DNA from: a virus
Lineage: Duplodnaviria > Caudoviricetes
IMG/VR virus record: IMGVR_UViG_3300021197_000101
Span: 1-56,239 of that record
Length of the DNA stretch: 56,239 nt
Direction: 5' to 3' (one strand)
Part shown: positions 1 to 8,644 of the stretch, piece after piece
How positions within the stretch are numbered: position 1 is the stretch's first letter
How the letters are laid out: every line of letters starts with the position of its first letter
Position numbers and translations under genes: made by a program
Notes under the pieces: generated by a model
The model's input: only the letters and a program-made list of their open reading frames with translations
Told to the model about the DNA's origin: nothing
Databases searched by the model: none

Positions 1-712
1 CTATTTGAGTACCTGCTGCATTAGGATCAATGTTACTAACTGTAGCTTGTGTAACATTAGCAGCAGGATCTGTTACAAGATTTTTAAATGTAGTTGCATA
101 ACCCTGCTGTAACTGTTGTATATTTTGCTGTTGCTGTTGTTGCGTTTGCTTCTGCTGCTGTATTTTTTGAGCATTTTGAGGCATATATTTTGCAAATCCG
201 GGGTAAGATCCCTCTGGCAATGCACCTGCCAAAGCTGCTTTATAAGGATTACCATATAATACTCCATCAGTTCCCATTACTGTAACAGAAGGAACTGCTT
301 TAGGTGGAGCTAACCCAAAACTTGCAGCAGGTATTTCAGCCTGTATTGCAGCAAGTTCTTGCTGTGCTTTAGCTAACTGTTTTTTCTTAGCATCAATACT
401 TTTGTAAGCTTGTGTAGCAGCTTTCCAATCATCATGTGGTTTATTAGCATTAGCTAGCCATTTTCTAACATCATTAGCGATGGCAGATTTATTACCTAAT
501 GGATATCTTCTTGTAACTGGGTTGTCTGTATTGGCATCCCCTTTACCTATTTGATAAGCAGTACCATATTCAAATGTTCTATTATTGGTTCTATTATAAC
601 CCCAACCATACCTAGCAGGTTCAGCTCCGGGTTGACTAAGATTACCTGCAGCCTGTATTTCTTGTTGTAGTTTTGTAATTTCGTTTTGTTTTATGGTAAA
701 GTTGTTTGCCAT
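1..712 (-). CDS. 5' part of Gln/Ala-rich internal virion (ejection/pilot-like) protein; continues across the window junction into 56239..54705 (748 aa total)
   Basis: Hand translation from ATG at 712 (MANNFTIKQNEITKLQQEIQ...) is open to base 1 and joins in frame with the right-end ORF (...AAGTQI-A-QGTGQAP...). Confidence 0.85.
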   Translation of the reverse strand, partial: MANNFTIKQNEITKLQQEIQAAGNLSQPGAEPARYGWGYNRTNNRTFEYGTAYQIGKGDANTDNPVTRRYPLGNKSAIANDVRKWLANANKPHDDWKAATQAYKSIDAKKKQLAKAQQELAAIQAEIPAASFGLAPPKAVPSVTVMGTDGVLYGNPYKAALAGALPEGSYPGFAKYMPQNAQKIQQQKQTQQQQQQNIQQLQQGYATTFKNLVTDPAANVTQATVSNIDPNAAGTQI

Positions 713-750
713 CTATCAAACCTTTTTAATATTTATCAAATTACTCGGTG

Positions 751-1209
751 TTACCAAGGCAAATAATCTCTTACGTCTATCCAACCCATATGGTGCAAAT
801 ATGCAGTAGAGCCGACAGCAGAGGCTGATATAAGAAAAAGAATACCTGCTATGGTTACTGCTAACTCTTGTCTTTCTACAGCATCACGTCTTGCTTGAGC
901 TTCTGCTTCACGTTTTTCTTGAAGAACTTCCTTGCGTATTTTTAAAAGCTCTAACCACTTACTTCTGCCATATGATTGAGTGATCCACTCTTGTAATTCA
1001 GCTTCAGCTTCTGCAGCTTGACGTACTTTAGCCCAACGGTCTAGTGCAATACTATTCGAGCTTTTACTTGAGATACCTTTTTTTTGTAATTGTTTTTTAG
1101 CTGCATCTGTTGCGTCAAAGAATTGACTTATTTGTTTGCTAAGACCAGCTACAGTTTTTCCTGCAGCAAGCCCAGTTTTTAACCCTGCAAGAATTGTTAA
1201 TGGGTCCAT
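751..1209 (-). CDS. Hypothetical coiled-coil protein with C-terminal TM helix
   Basis: 152-aa ORF in the operon; MDPLT..A start; hydrophobic stretch LAVTIAGILFLISASAVG. Confidence 0.7.
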   Translation of the reverse strand: MDPLTILAGLKTGLAAGKTVAGLSKQISQFFDATDAAKKQLQKKGISSKSSNSIALDRWAKVRQAAEAEAELQEWITQSYGRSKWLELLKIRKEVLQEKREAEAQARRDAVERQELAVTIAGILFLISASAVGSTAYLHHMGWIDVRDYLPW

Positions 1210-1211
1210 GA

Positions 1212-1574
1212 CTACATCCCATCGTTATGCATTAACATTTTGTTATGGTCACGGTTCATGTACTTTAGTTCTGTTTCTAGTAAAGCTATTCTTTGTTTAA
1301 GGTCATTGATAGAACTAAATGAAGTAAGCATAGCTGCCATCTCTTCCCATACCTCGTCACTGTCTTCCCATAGTTCTGCTATGTCAGACTTACTTTCTTG
1401 CACATCACGCTTTAGATTGACTGTATTCTCTACAGCCATGCGACTAGCAAACTGCTCTACGTTTTCTTCTAGGGATGATATAGTAGCTGCCTGTTGAGAT
1501 ACCCACCAGACTGCACCTGCTAGTTGTACAGCCATTGCTGCAACTAATGCTATAGGAAGTTTCATGTTTTCCAT
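1212..1574 (-). CDS. Membrane-anchored coiled-coil protein
   Basis: N-terminal hydrophobic helix followed by heptad-like region; start overlaps upstream stop. Confidence 0.7.
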   Translation of the reverse strand: MENMKLPIALVAAMAVQLAGAVWWVSQQAATISSLEENVEQFASRMAVENTVNLKRDVQESKSDIAELWEDSDEVWEEMAAMLTSFSSINDLKQRIALLETELKYMNRDHNKMLMHNDGM

Positions 1575-1756
1575 TACTTACTCGCTACTTGTGATCTACG
1601 AACTAAGAAGTCTTCCCACATAGGCTTAATCATCTTGTGATTTTCATCTACCTTATATGACATGAGCAAGACTTTGGCATTAATCTGGTATATCTGGAGT
1701 GAACCCCATGTTAACATACCAAGTATAATAACACCAATGACTTGCTCAAATTTCAT
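1574..1756 (-). CDS. Small membrane protein
   Basis: 60 aa, N-terminal TM, abuts both neighbours. Confidence 0.65.
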   Translation of the reverse strand: MKFEQVIGVIILGMLTWGSLQIYQINAKVLLMSYKVDENHKMIKPMWEDFLVRRSQVASK

Positions 1757-2002
1757 TTATGCAGCCTCATCTTCGTCTACAACTATTGCTTCTACTGGTG
1801 CTTCCAAAGATCGTGCAAGCATATTTACAAATGCCTCACGTCCAACGCTTAGTTGGTCTAGGTTAAATCTAGTACTAGATAGTTTACGATCTAAGTCTGA
1901 TACATGATTAACCATAACCTGTTGCTCTTGTGTTAAGTCTTCTACTAAATATTCTTTGTCGTTTATAACGATAGGGGTTTTTTCATTTTTTCCCATTGTC
2001 AT
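1757..2002 (-). CDS. Hypothetical protein (possible fibre chaperone)
   Basis: 81 aa, AGGAG RBS, IVINDKEY..EDLT.EQ followed by coiled coil. Confidence 0.7.
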   Translation of the reverse strand: MTMGKNEKTPIVINDKEYLVEDLTQEQQVMVNHVSDLDRKLSSTRFNLDQLSVGREAFVNMLARSLEAPVEAIVVDEDEAA

Positions 2003-2021
2003 TCTCCTTTGTTAAAGTTTA

Positions 2022-2192
2022 CTAATCGGCAGCTTGTGCCTCGTTTCCTTCAGCTACCCACTCAAGGTATTTTTGATAGTCTGTGTTATCCTCACTAAAG
2101 GGTATACAATGTATTGAACCATCTTCGTCTGTTCTTTTAACACAGCTAACTGCGCCTCTGGATGTGTCTGGATAAAATTGATATGTAGCCAT
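2022..2192 (-). CDS. Small tail-fibre-associated protein (56 aa, not in ORF track)
   Basis: MATYQFYPDT...CIPFSEDNTDYQKYLEWVAEGNEAQAAD; this motif typically follows marine phage fibre genes. Confidence 0.75.
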   Translation of the reverse strand: MATYQFYPDTSRGAVSCVKRTDEDGSIHCIPFSEDNTDYQKYLEWVAEGNEAQAAD

Positions 2193-2194
2193 AG

Positions 2195-3301
2195 TTATAA
2201 CTCCGATGCAAAAGATAAGGTTCCAGTGCTTCTAAAACGAAAACCACCTGATTGACCTGCAACCATACTAGAAGAAGCTATTTGTATTCCAATACCACTA
2301 ATTATACCAGTTGGAGCTTCATCAATAACCATATCACTAACGTTAAAATCTGCACTATCAGTATGAGCATCAAACTGAGCAGTACCTGTGCCAGATATTG
2401 TTGGGGCGGCTCTCATTGCACATGGAAAAGCAACATCCATTCTTGCTTCTGATGCACCTACTGCATAACCACCAACACCAATTCTATCACTGGAATCTCC
2501 ATTTAGTTGAAAATAATACCTCTGACACAGTGCAAGCTCCTGACCAACTGACCGATGCTCAAAGGGCGTGGCTTCTGTGCCGACTTCTAGTTGAACGCCT
2601 GTAATAAAAAAAGTTCTTGCTGTGCTGTCAAAGATACTATCTATACCAACAGCACGATTAGCTGGAACTGTTCCTGCCCAAGTTGTTGCCAATGTTCCAG
2701 AGGAATATGTTGAACCAGCGTGAAACCACCAATTTACTTCCATACTAAGATTGTTATCATTATTAAATCCAGTCCCCGATGCTGTATCTGCTGGGAAAGT
2801 AATAATAACTCTTGTCCAATCGGTAGTAACAGAAAATGTTTTTGATACTGACCTAGTGTTATCTGTGTCGTTTAATTCAACCACATATGTAGCAGCAGCA
2901 TTTGCTTTGCAGTAAAAACTAAGAGTAAATTCTTTTGCACTAGCTGTTCCTTTAGCAAATCTTTTTAAATCTTGCCCTTCAAACTTTGTTTGTAACCTAT
3001 GGTATTCACCAGCCGCAATACTTGTGTCAGCAGTCGTAGTAGCTATCTTCAAACTTTTAGAAAAACCAGCTGGTCTATCCGTGTCTTGTGTTACTGTACA
3101 CCTACCAGCAGAAACACCTTGTGAAATTAAAAACCTATCCATTGTGTAAGTATCATCATAAGTTCCAGCAGAACCTATGTTAGTAAACGAGGTTCCACGT
3201 TGGCTTACGTCAAGTGAACCATTTATTACAACATTTCTGTTCGACAACGCACCGTTATCATATACCGAACCTAGTTCTGCTAATTCTCTTGCTCTAGTCA
3301 T
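2195..3301 (-). CDS. Tail fibre / receptor-binding protein with carbohydrate-binding-like domain
   Basis: NRNVVINGSLDVSQRG start; ITGVQLEVGTEATPFEHRS..QELALCQRYY motif. Confidence 0.8.
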   Translation of the reverse strand: MTRARELAELGSVYDNGALSNRNVVINGSLDVSQRGTSFTNIGSAGTYDDTYTMDRFLISQGVSAGRCTVTQDTDRPAGFSKSLKIATTTADTSIAAGEYHRLQTKFEGQDLKRFAKGTASAKEFTLSFYCKANAAATYVVELNDTDNTRSVSKTFSVTTDWTRVIITFPADTASGTGFNNDNNLSMEVNWWFHAGSTYSSGTLATTWAGTVPANRAVGIDSIFDSTARTFFITGVQLEVGTEATPFEHRSVGQELALCQRYYFQLNGDSSDRIGVGGYAVGASEARMDVAFPCAMRAAPTISGTGTAQFDAHTDSADFNVSDMVIDEAPTGIISGIGIQIASSSMVAGQSGGFRFRSTGTLSFASEL

Positions 3302-5352
3302 TATTCTGCCTCCAGTGCATCTAGTCTAGCTTTGATAGCTGTGTTCTCTGATTCTAATGCATCATTCTTTGCTGATAGTTCTTGCACCGCTTTAATTAAA
3401 GCCCATTGAGTATTTTCTATTTTTACATTTTTTGTACCATCAGGTAAGTCAGTAACATCATTAGGAAATACTGTTTCTAATTCTTGTGCTATAACACCAG
3501 TTTTAACTCCTGACTTACCAAGAACATTTAAACCTTTACCATCGTTTAATGCTTTAACATTGTCATCTAATTCTTCAAAAGTACGATACTCAAAATTTCG
3601 TATTTTAACTTGGAGTATTTCTGCAAGTCCTTTTGTACTATCTACTATATTCTTTTTGATACGCTCATCGGAGACTGTATTAAATGTAGAGGAATTATCG
3701 CCATTAATTAATGAACCATTACTGCCACCATATAAAAAACAGGCATCAGTACCAAGAGCAGCCCCTGACCTAGCAATATAAAGTTGGTCACTTGTTGTTG
3801 TTACTTGCCCAGAACCTGCATCATGCCCAATACATATATTTTGAGATCCGCTAGTAATATTTTCTCCTGCACCATGTCCTACACAAGTATTTTCTACCCC
3901 TGTAATAAGAAGACCTGCATAAAAACCTAATGCTGTATTTTGATCTCCACAGTTAGCACTTAATGCTGAATATCCAACAGCAGTATTACCTGTACCATCA
4001 TCTGTTGCATCTCCTGCAAGTGCGCCTAAAAAAGTATTTGATGTTCCTGTTGTAACAGCAGCCCCTGCTAACAACCCAACAGCCGTGTTTCTAGCATCAC
4101 CACTACCACCAACATTTTGTACTCCAAGTGCTGCTTCACCCACCGCTGTATTACCATTACTAGATGTTTCTGCTGATAGTGCAGATTTACCAACAGCAGT
4201 ATTTGAGTTAGATGTTGTAATTGCATCTCCTGCTTGACCACCGATAAATGTGTTATGCGTACCTGTTGTCATTGCTGTTCCTGCAAATGTACCAACAGCA
4301 GTATTAAAAGCAGCTCCATTAGTATTTAAAGATTTAAGTGCTGATGCTCCTACCGCAACATTTTTATCACCTCCTGTTTCACCAGATAAAGCTTCATTTC
4401 CTATTGCAACATTCATTTCACCATCAGTTATGGCATCTGCTGCCTGATAACCTACTACAACATTTTTTACTCCTGTAGTATTTGCTCCAAGAGAATCCCG
4501 TCCAATAGCTATGTTGCTATGCCCTGAAGTAAGAGAATTTAAAGATACACTCCCAATACCAATATTGTAATCCCCAGTTTGAGTACCATCACGACCTGCA
4601 CCGTTTCCAATAAAGACACTTTCTGTACCTGAAGTTACACCTTTTCCAGATTGCCTTCCAAAAAAAGTATTCTGCGCTCCAGTGCTATTCGTTCCTGCTT
4701 CAAAACCTACGGCTGTACTATTATCTGCTGTTGTATTAGAGGCTAAAGCATCCTTACCAATAGCAACATTATTATTACCACCAGAAACTATAGCTGCTCC
4801 TGCACCTTCACCTAAGTGTACGTTGTCTGTTCCAAGTGTAGCTGTGGTTATTGACCCATCAGAATCTATGCGTAGCCTCTCAGTAGGTGCATTGTTATCA
4901 CTACCATCATTGGTCTTGAAGATTAAGTCACCTTTTTGGTCATCTGCTGTACCATCGTGTGATGCCTGTATTACAGCCAGTGTACTAATCTCACCACCAG
5001 ACTGTTCACCTTGAAATGATAAGGCACTCTCTCTACCACCGTCTGTATCTTCATGGGTAGGGTTCTTAGTGGTAATGTTTTCAAACTGTTGACTAGCTAA
5101 ACTAAATGAGTTGAATGACTCAAAGTCTACTACATCACTAGCTGCTGCTGCAGATGCAAGCACAACGTCACTACCGTTTGTAGCTGTGTAGTCAGTACCA
5201 TTTATAAGCCGTACACCGTTAAGGTAGACTGATATGAAAGCACCATCCGTATAACCATTTGTGTTAAAGGTTGTTTGCCCTGCAGTTGCTGTAAACGTTT
5301 CTTTGTTTTGTATACCCTGTGGTACTGGTATTGGGCCTATATATCCTGACAT
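3301..5352 (-). CDS. Trimeric tail fibre with YadA-like beta-roll repeats and C-terminal intramolecular chaperone (peptidase S74)
   Basis: ~14-aa NTAVG/NVAIG repeats; SDERIKKNI...GVIAQEL...IKAVQELS. Confidence 0.85.
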   Translation of the reverse strand: MSGYIGPIPVPQGIQNKETFTATAGQTTFNTNGYTDGAFISVYLNGVRLINGTDYTATNGSDVVLASAAAASDVVDFESFNSFSLASQQFENITTKNPTHEDTDGGRESALSFQGEQSGGEISTLAVIQASHDGTADDQKGDLIFKTNDGSDNNAPTERLRIDSDGSITTATLGTDNVHLGEGAGAAIVSGGNNNVAIGKDALASNTTADNSTAVGFEAGTNSTGAQNTFFGRQSGKGVTSGTESVFIGNGAGRDGTQTGDYNIGIGSVSLNSLTSGHSNIAIGRDSLGANTTGVKNVVVGYQAADAITDGEMNVAIGNEALSGETGGDKNVAVGASALKSLNTNGAAFNTAVGTFAGTAMTTGTHNTFIGGQAGDAITTSNSNTAVGKSALSAETSSNGNTAVGEAALGVQNVGGSGDARNTAVGLLAGAAVTTGTSNTFLGALAGDATDDGTGNTAVGYSALSANCGDQNTALGFYAGLLITGVENTCVGHGAGENITSGSQNICIGHDAGSGQVTTTSDQLYIARSGAALGTDACFLYGGSNGSLINGDNSSTFNTVSDERIKKNIVDSTKGLAEILQVKIRNFEYRTFEELDDNVKALNDGKGLNVLGKSGVKTGVIAQELETVFPNDVTDLPDGTKNVKIENTQWALIKAVQELSAKNDALESENTAIKARLDALEAE

Positions 5353-5353
5353 G

Positions 5354-6766
5354 TTATTCTCCCTCCAGTGCCGCTACTTTAGTTTCTAATGTTTCAATCT
5401 TGGTTATAAGCTGTTGTATTATAGATATGTACATAGCATCTTTTTCACCTAGCTTAGATGTAAGTGAAACATTATCTGAAATAATATCGTAGTCTGGATT
5501 TTCTTCAGTGACATTAGCTTCACCAACCCATTTGTCATCTATGGCTTTTACAGCTTGAGCTATGAAACCTCTATTGCCTGACCTACCATTATGAGCCTCT
5601 GGGTTTTTCCAATCAAAAGTCTTAGGCTCGTACTGTTTAAATTTAGCTATGTCGTATGCATAATCAACAATGTTTTCTTTTAGTCTTTCATCAGAGTTAG
5701 AAGCAATGCTAGTATCTGTTGCAGTTAAATCACCATTAGCTGCAATTCTAAAATGTTCTGTTCCACCATCGGCTGTGTTTGCACCAGTCCGAAAACTTAC
5801 TGTATCACCGCTAATGTTTCCACCGAAATACGTTCCTAATCCAAGACCACCGTGTAATCCTGTCAAATGTATACATGGATAGTAACTACTACTATTTCCT
5901 TCAATCCTTAATTTTGGATTTGTTCCTCCCATTTTTACACCAACATTTGTAGTTTCAAATTTCTTAACGTTGTTATGAAAGAGTTCTACTGCATCACCTT
6001 CTTTAGCTATAAGCATTTCTTGGTTATTGGCAGCATTGTTGACTTGCAATCGACTAGTAGTAAGAACTAAATAACCTGTGCCAGTATCAGAAATTTTAGA
6101 ATGTCCTGCTGCTGCGTCATGCGAAATTTGTAAATCATCTGAAGCACCAAAAGTAGCTATTGAATTATCTGCTAGTTTTATGTCGTGATTAAATGTAGCC
6201 GTTCCTGCGTCAGACATATCTAGGGTCAGGGCATTGACGCTTGAGCCACCATCTTTGCCTTGGAATATAATATCTGCATCGGATATAGGATTATAAAAGT
6301 AAGCATTATTAGAACTTTCATACAAATTAAGAAACTCTGTTCCACTATCTGTAAATTTTATATCTCCATCACCGCTTTCTAAAATAAGGTCATCATCCGC
6401 ATCGATAGTAAAATCACCAGATCCGTTAAGAGTACCAGTAAGTGTAGTTTTTCCTGCACTATCAATCCTCATACGCTCAGTGGGTGATGCTCCGTCAGAA
6501 CCGTCATTAGTCTTGAATATCAAATCGCCTTTTTGATCGTCTGATGTACCGTCATGGCTAGACTGTATCTGCCCCAACACTGTAACTTCACCACCTGACT
6601 GTTCACCTTTAAACGTTATCTTACCTTCACGACCACCATCAGTATCTTCGTGTGTGTCGTTCAGTAATATAAGTTCTGGTGTGCTATCAGTAGCTGTAAT
6701 GTCACCTGAAACATCTACAGTGTCTACACTGAGATTTACGACAGGAGTACCAATATATTTACTCAT
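5354..6766 (-). CDS. Tail fibre with C-terminal intramolecular chaperone (peptidase S74)
   Basis: SDERLKENI...FDWK...GFIAQ, then coiled coil. Confidence 0.85.
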   Translation of the reverse strand: MSKYIGTPVVNLSVDTVDVSGDITATDSTPELILLNDTHEDTDGGREGKITFKGEQSGGEVTVLGQIQSSHDGTSDDQKGDLIFKTNDGSDGASPTERMRIDSAGKTTLTGTLNGSGDFTIDADDDLILESGDGDIKFTDSGTEFLNLYESSNNAYFYNPISDADIIFQGKDGGSSVNALTLDMSDAGTATFNHDIKLADNSIATFGASDDLQISHDAAAGHSKISDTGTGYLVLTTSRLQVNNAANNQEMLIAKEGDAVELFHNNVKKFETTNVGVKMGGTNPKLRIEGNSSSYYPCIHLTGLHGGLGLGTYFGGNISGDTVSFRTGANTADGGTEHFRIAANGDLTATDTSIASNSDERLKENIVDYAYDIAKFKQYEPKTFDWKNPEAHNGRSGNRGFIAQAVKAIDDKWVGEANVTEENPDYDIISDNVSLTSKLGEKDAMYISIIQQLITKIETLETKVAALEGE

Positions 6767-7077
6767 TATGTTTGCTCCAATGCACTCACTATTACATCAG
6801 CACTACTTGCTGTATTAGATGTTACCTTTACAGTATCTGTTGTCTCAGCAATTATCTTACCGTCTAAGACAGATATTGCAGAGTTTGCAGGTACAGGTAC
6901 ATCTTTTACAACGTGTGTGTCTGCGACTTTTACAGTGACTCTTATTTGACCGCTTGTCACGTTTGCGATATTACAACCAATTATAACAGAGGTTGTACTT
7001 GAAGGTACGGTGTAGATTGTTACTTCTGAAGTACCTACAGCCGAACTACTTACATAATTTTTAAATGTGTTTGCCAT
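6766..7077 (-). CDS. Small beta-rich tail adaptor-like protein
   Basis: MANTFKN...IYTVPSSTTSVII; lies between fibre genes. Confidence 0.65.
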   Translation of the reverse strand: MANTFKNYVSSSAVGTSEVTIYTVPSSTTSVIIGCNIANVTSGQIRVTVKVADTHVVKDVPVPANSAISVLDGKIIAETTDTVKVTSNTASSADVIVSALEQT

Positions 7078-7083
7078 TTTATT

Positions 7084-8640
7084 CTATCCTAAAGCTATTG
7101 CAAATGCAAGTGCAGAAGCATCTGATGCGGTTGATCCAGTTCCAGTAGCATTGTCAACGTATGCAGTTGTTGCTATTTTTGCACTATCATCACCTGCACT
7201 TTGTGTAGTTCCTGTTGTAGCAGATGTTATAGTACCATCTAATGCGCCACTAAAAGTAGTTGCAGCTATTGCACCTGTTAAAGTTGCGCCAGTAGCACTT
7301 GTTACTAGTACATCCGAATTGTTATATTTTAATTTAACGATACCAGTGCCATTCGGATTTATGTCAATGTTACCATTGGTATCTGTAGATGTGATAGCGT
7401 TACCGTTTATATTAACATTATCTACATCAAGATCAGTATTAATTACAACAGTACCTGTACCATTTGGTGATAGGTTTATATTACCGTTGCTGTCTGTTGA
7501 GGATATTGTATTTGTAACTACGTTAAGATTACCAACACTTATATCACCACTTACATCAACACCGTCTGCTGTTGTCTCTATTTTCTTTACGTTGTTATGG
7601 TATAGGTTAACTGCACCGTTAACATCCATATCCATATACTTTTCAGTACCAGTGTCACTTTGTATTGTAACACCATCTCCCTGTATTGTCAACTCCCCAG
7701 TTGTATTTATTATAGAAGTATTTGTACCATCGTGTTTAATTGTAAGATCATCACCTGTACCTACAACAATACTAGCATTATCTGCAAAGTCTAGTGCGTT
7801 AGCACTTCTATCCCATGTCATGTCATAGGATGCACCTTTAAATATTACATCACCATCTGACTTAATACGTACACGTTCTGTAGCTGTTGCACTAGTATTT
7901 GTTTTAAATACGAGAGCAGTAGAGTTGTCTGCAGCACCAAAGTTATTTTCTGCTACAGCATCAATCTCTGCGCCTACAAGTCTAGCATCTGATCCACTAT
8001 CTTCTAGTGGGGCATTAAAACTAATCTTACCAATAGTATTACCATTGTCTACAGATATGTCAGATGTTTGTAATGATAGTTGAAAGCCACTAGCTGCTGT
8101 TGCACCCAGTCCTGTATCTGCTACGTGTGTAAGTTTAACATCATCGTCAGCACCAAATGTAAGAATAGAAGCATCGCTCTGCAATTTTACATCATCTGTC
8201 ATTATAACTTCTGGCGATTCAATTTTTACTGTTGTATCAGATGCAACATCTAACTGTCCATCTGCAGTAGAACTTATAGATAAATCTGCATCACGAAACT
8301 GTAATTTATTGTTCGTGTCAATAGACATGTCTCCACTAAAACTGTCTATGTAAGCAACACCATCAACATATAAATCTTTAAATTGTAGTGATGATGTACC
8401 TAAGTCTAACCCTGCGTTTGTACTGGGGTTAATTGCATTGGCAGTTGCTACTAGCTGTTGGGCAGGGCCAATAACTGTAACAGCACCGCCTTCTGCTGCA
8501 GTACCATCGTGGGTGTGACCAGAGGATGAATTAAATGCAGCTTCAATGGCATCGTATTCACCATCAAAGTCAGCAGCGTTAATAACGTTACCATCAGCAA
8601 TGTTATTTGCTGTGTCGTTACGTGTGTAGCCTGTTCCCAT
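7084..8640 (-). CDS. Proximal tail fibre
   Basis: N-terminal GYTR...INAADFDGEYDAIEAAF..GHTHDG; internal repeats; KIATTAYV; C-terminal AIALG. Confidence 0.8.
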   Translation of the reverse strand: MGTGYTRNDTANNIADGNVINAADFDGEYDAIEAAFNSSSGHTHDGTAAEGGAVTVIGPAQQLVATANAINPSTNAGLDLGTSSLQFKDLYVDGVAYIDSFSGDMSIDTNNKLQFRDADLSISSTADGQLDVASDTTVKIESPEVIMTDDVKLQSDASILTFGADDDVKLTHVADTGLGATAASGFQLSLQTSDISVDNGNTIGKISFNAPLEDSGSDARLVGAEIDAVAENNFGAADNSTALVFKTNTSATATERVRIKSDGDVIFKGASYDMTWDRSANALDFADNASIVVGTGDDLTIKHDGTNTSIINTTGELTIQGDGVTIQSDTGTEKYMDMDVNGAVNLYHNNVKKIETTADGVDVSGDISVGNLNVVTNTISSTDSNGNINLSPNGTGTVVINTDLDVDNVNINGNAITSTDTNGNIDINPNGTGIVKLKYNNSDVLVTSATGATLTGAIAATTFSGALDGTITSATTGTTQSAGDDSAKIATTAYVDNATGTGSTASDASALAFAIALG

Positions 8641-8644
8641 GTTT

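Noticed and set aside
2192-2222. Additional TATAACTA promoter
   Set aside because: Coincides with a stop/start junction and has no -35 at 16-17 bp
7067-7828. 253-aa plus-strand ORF and other antisense ORFs in the track
   Set aside because: Shadow frames of genes on the opposite strand; no RBS or motifs
2195-8640. Diversity-generating retroelement targeting fibres
   Set aside because: No reverse transcriptase; the duplicated block is coding in both copies and differences look synonymous rather than adenine-specific
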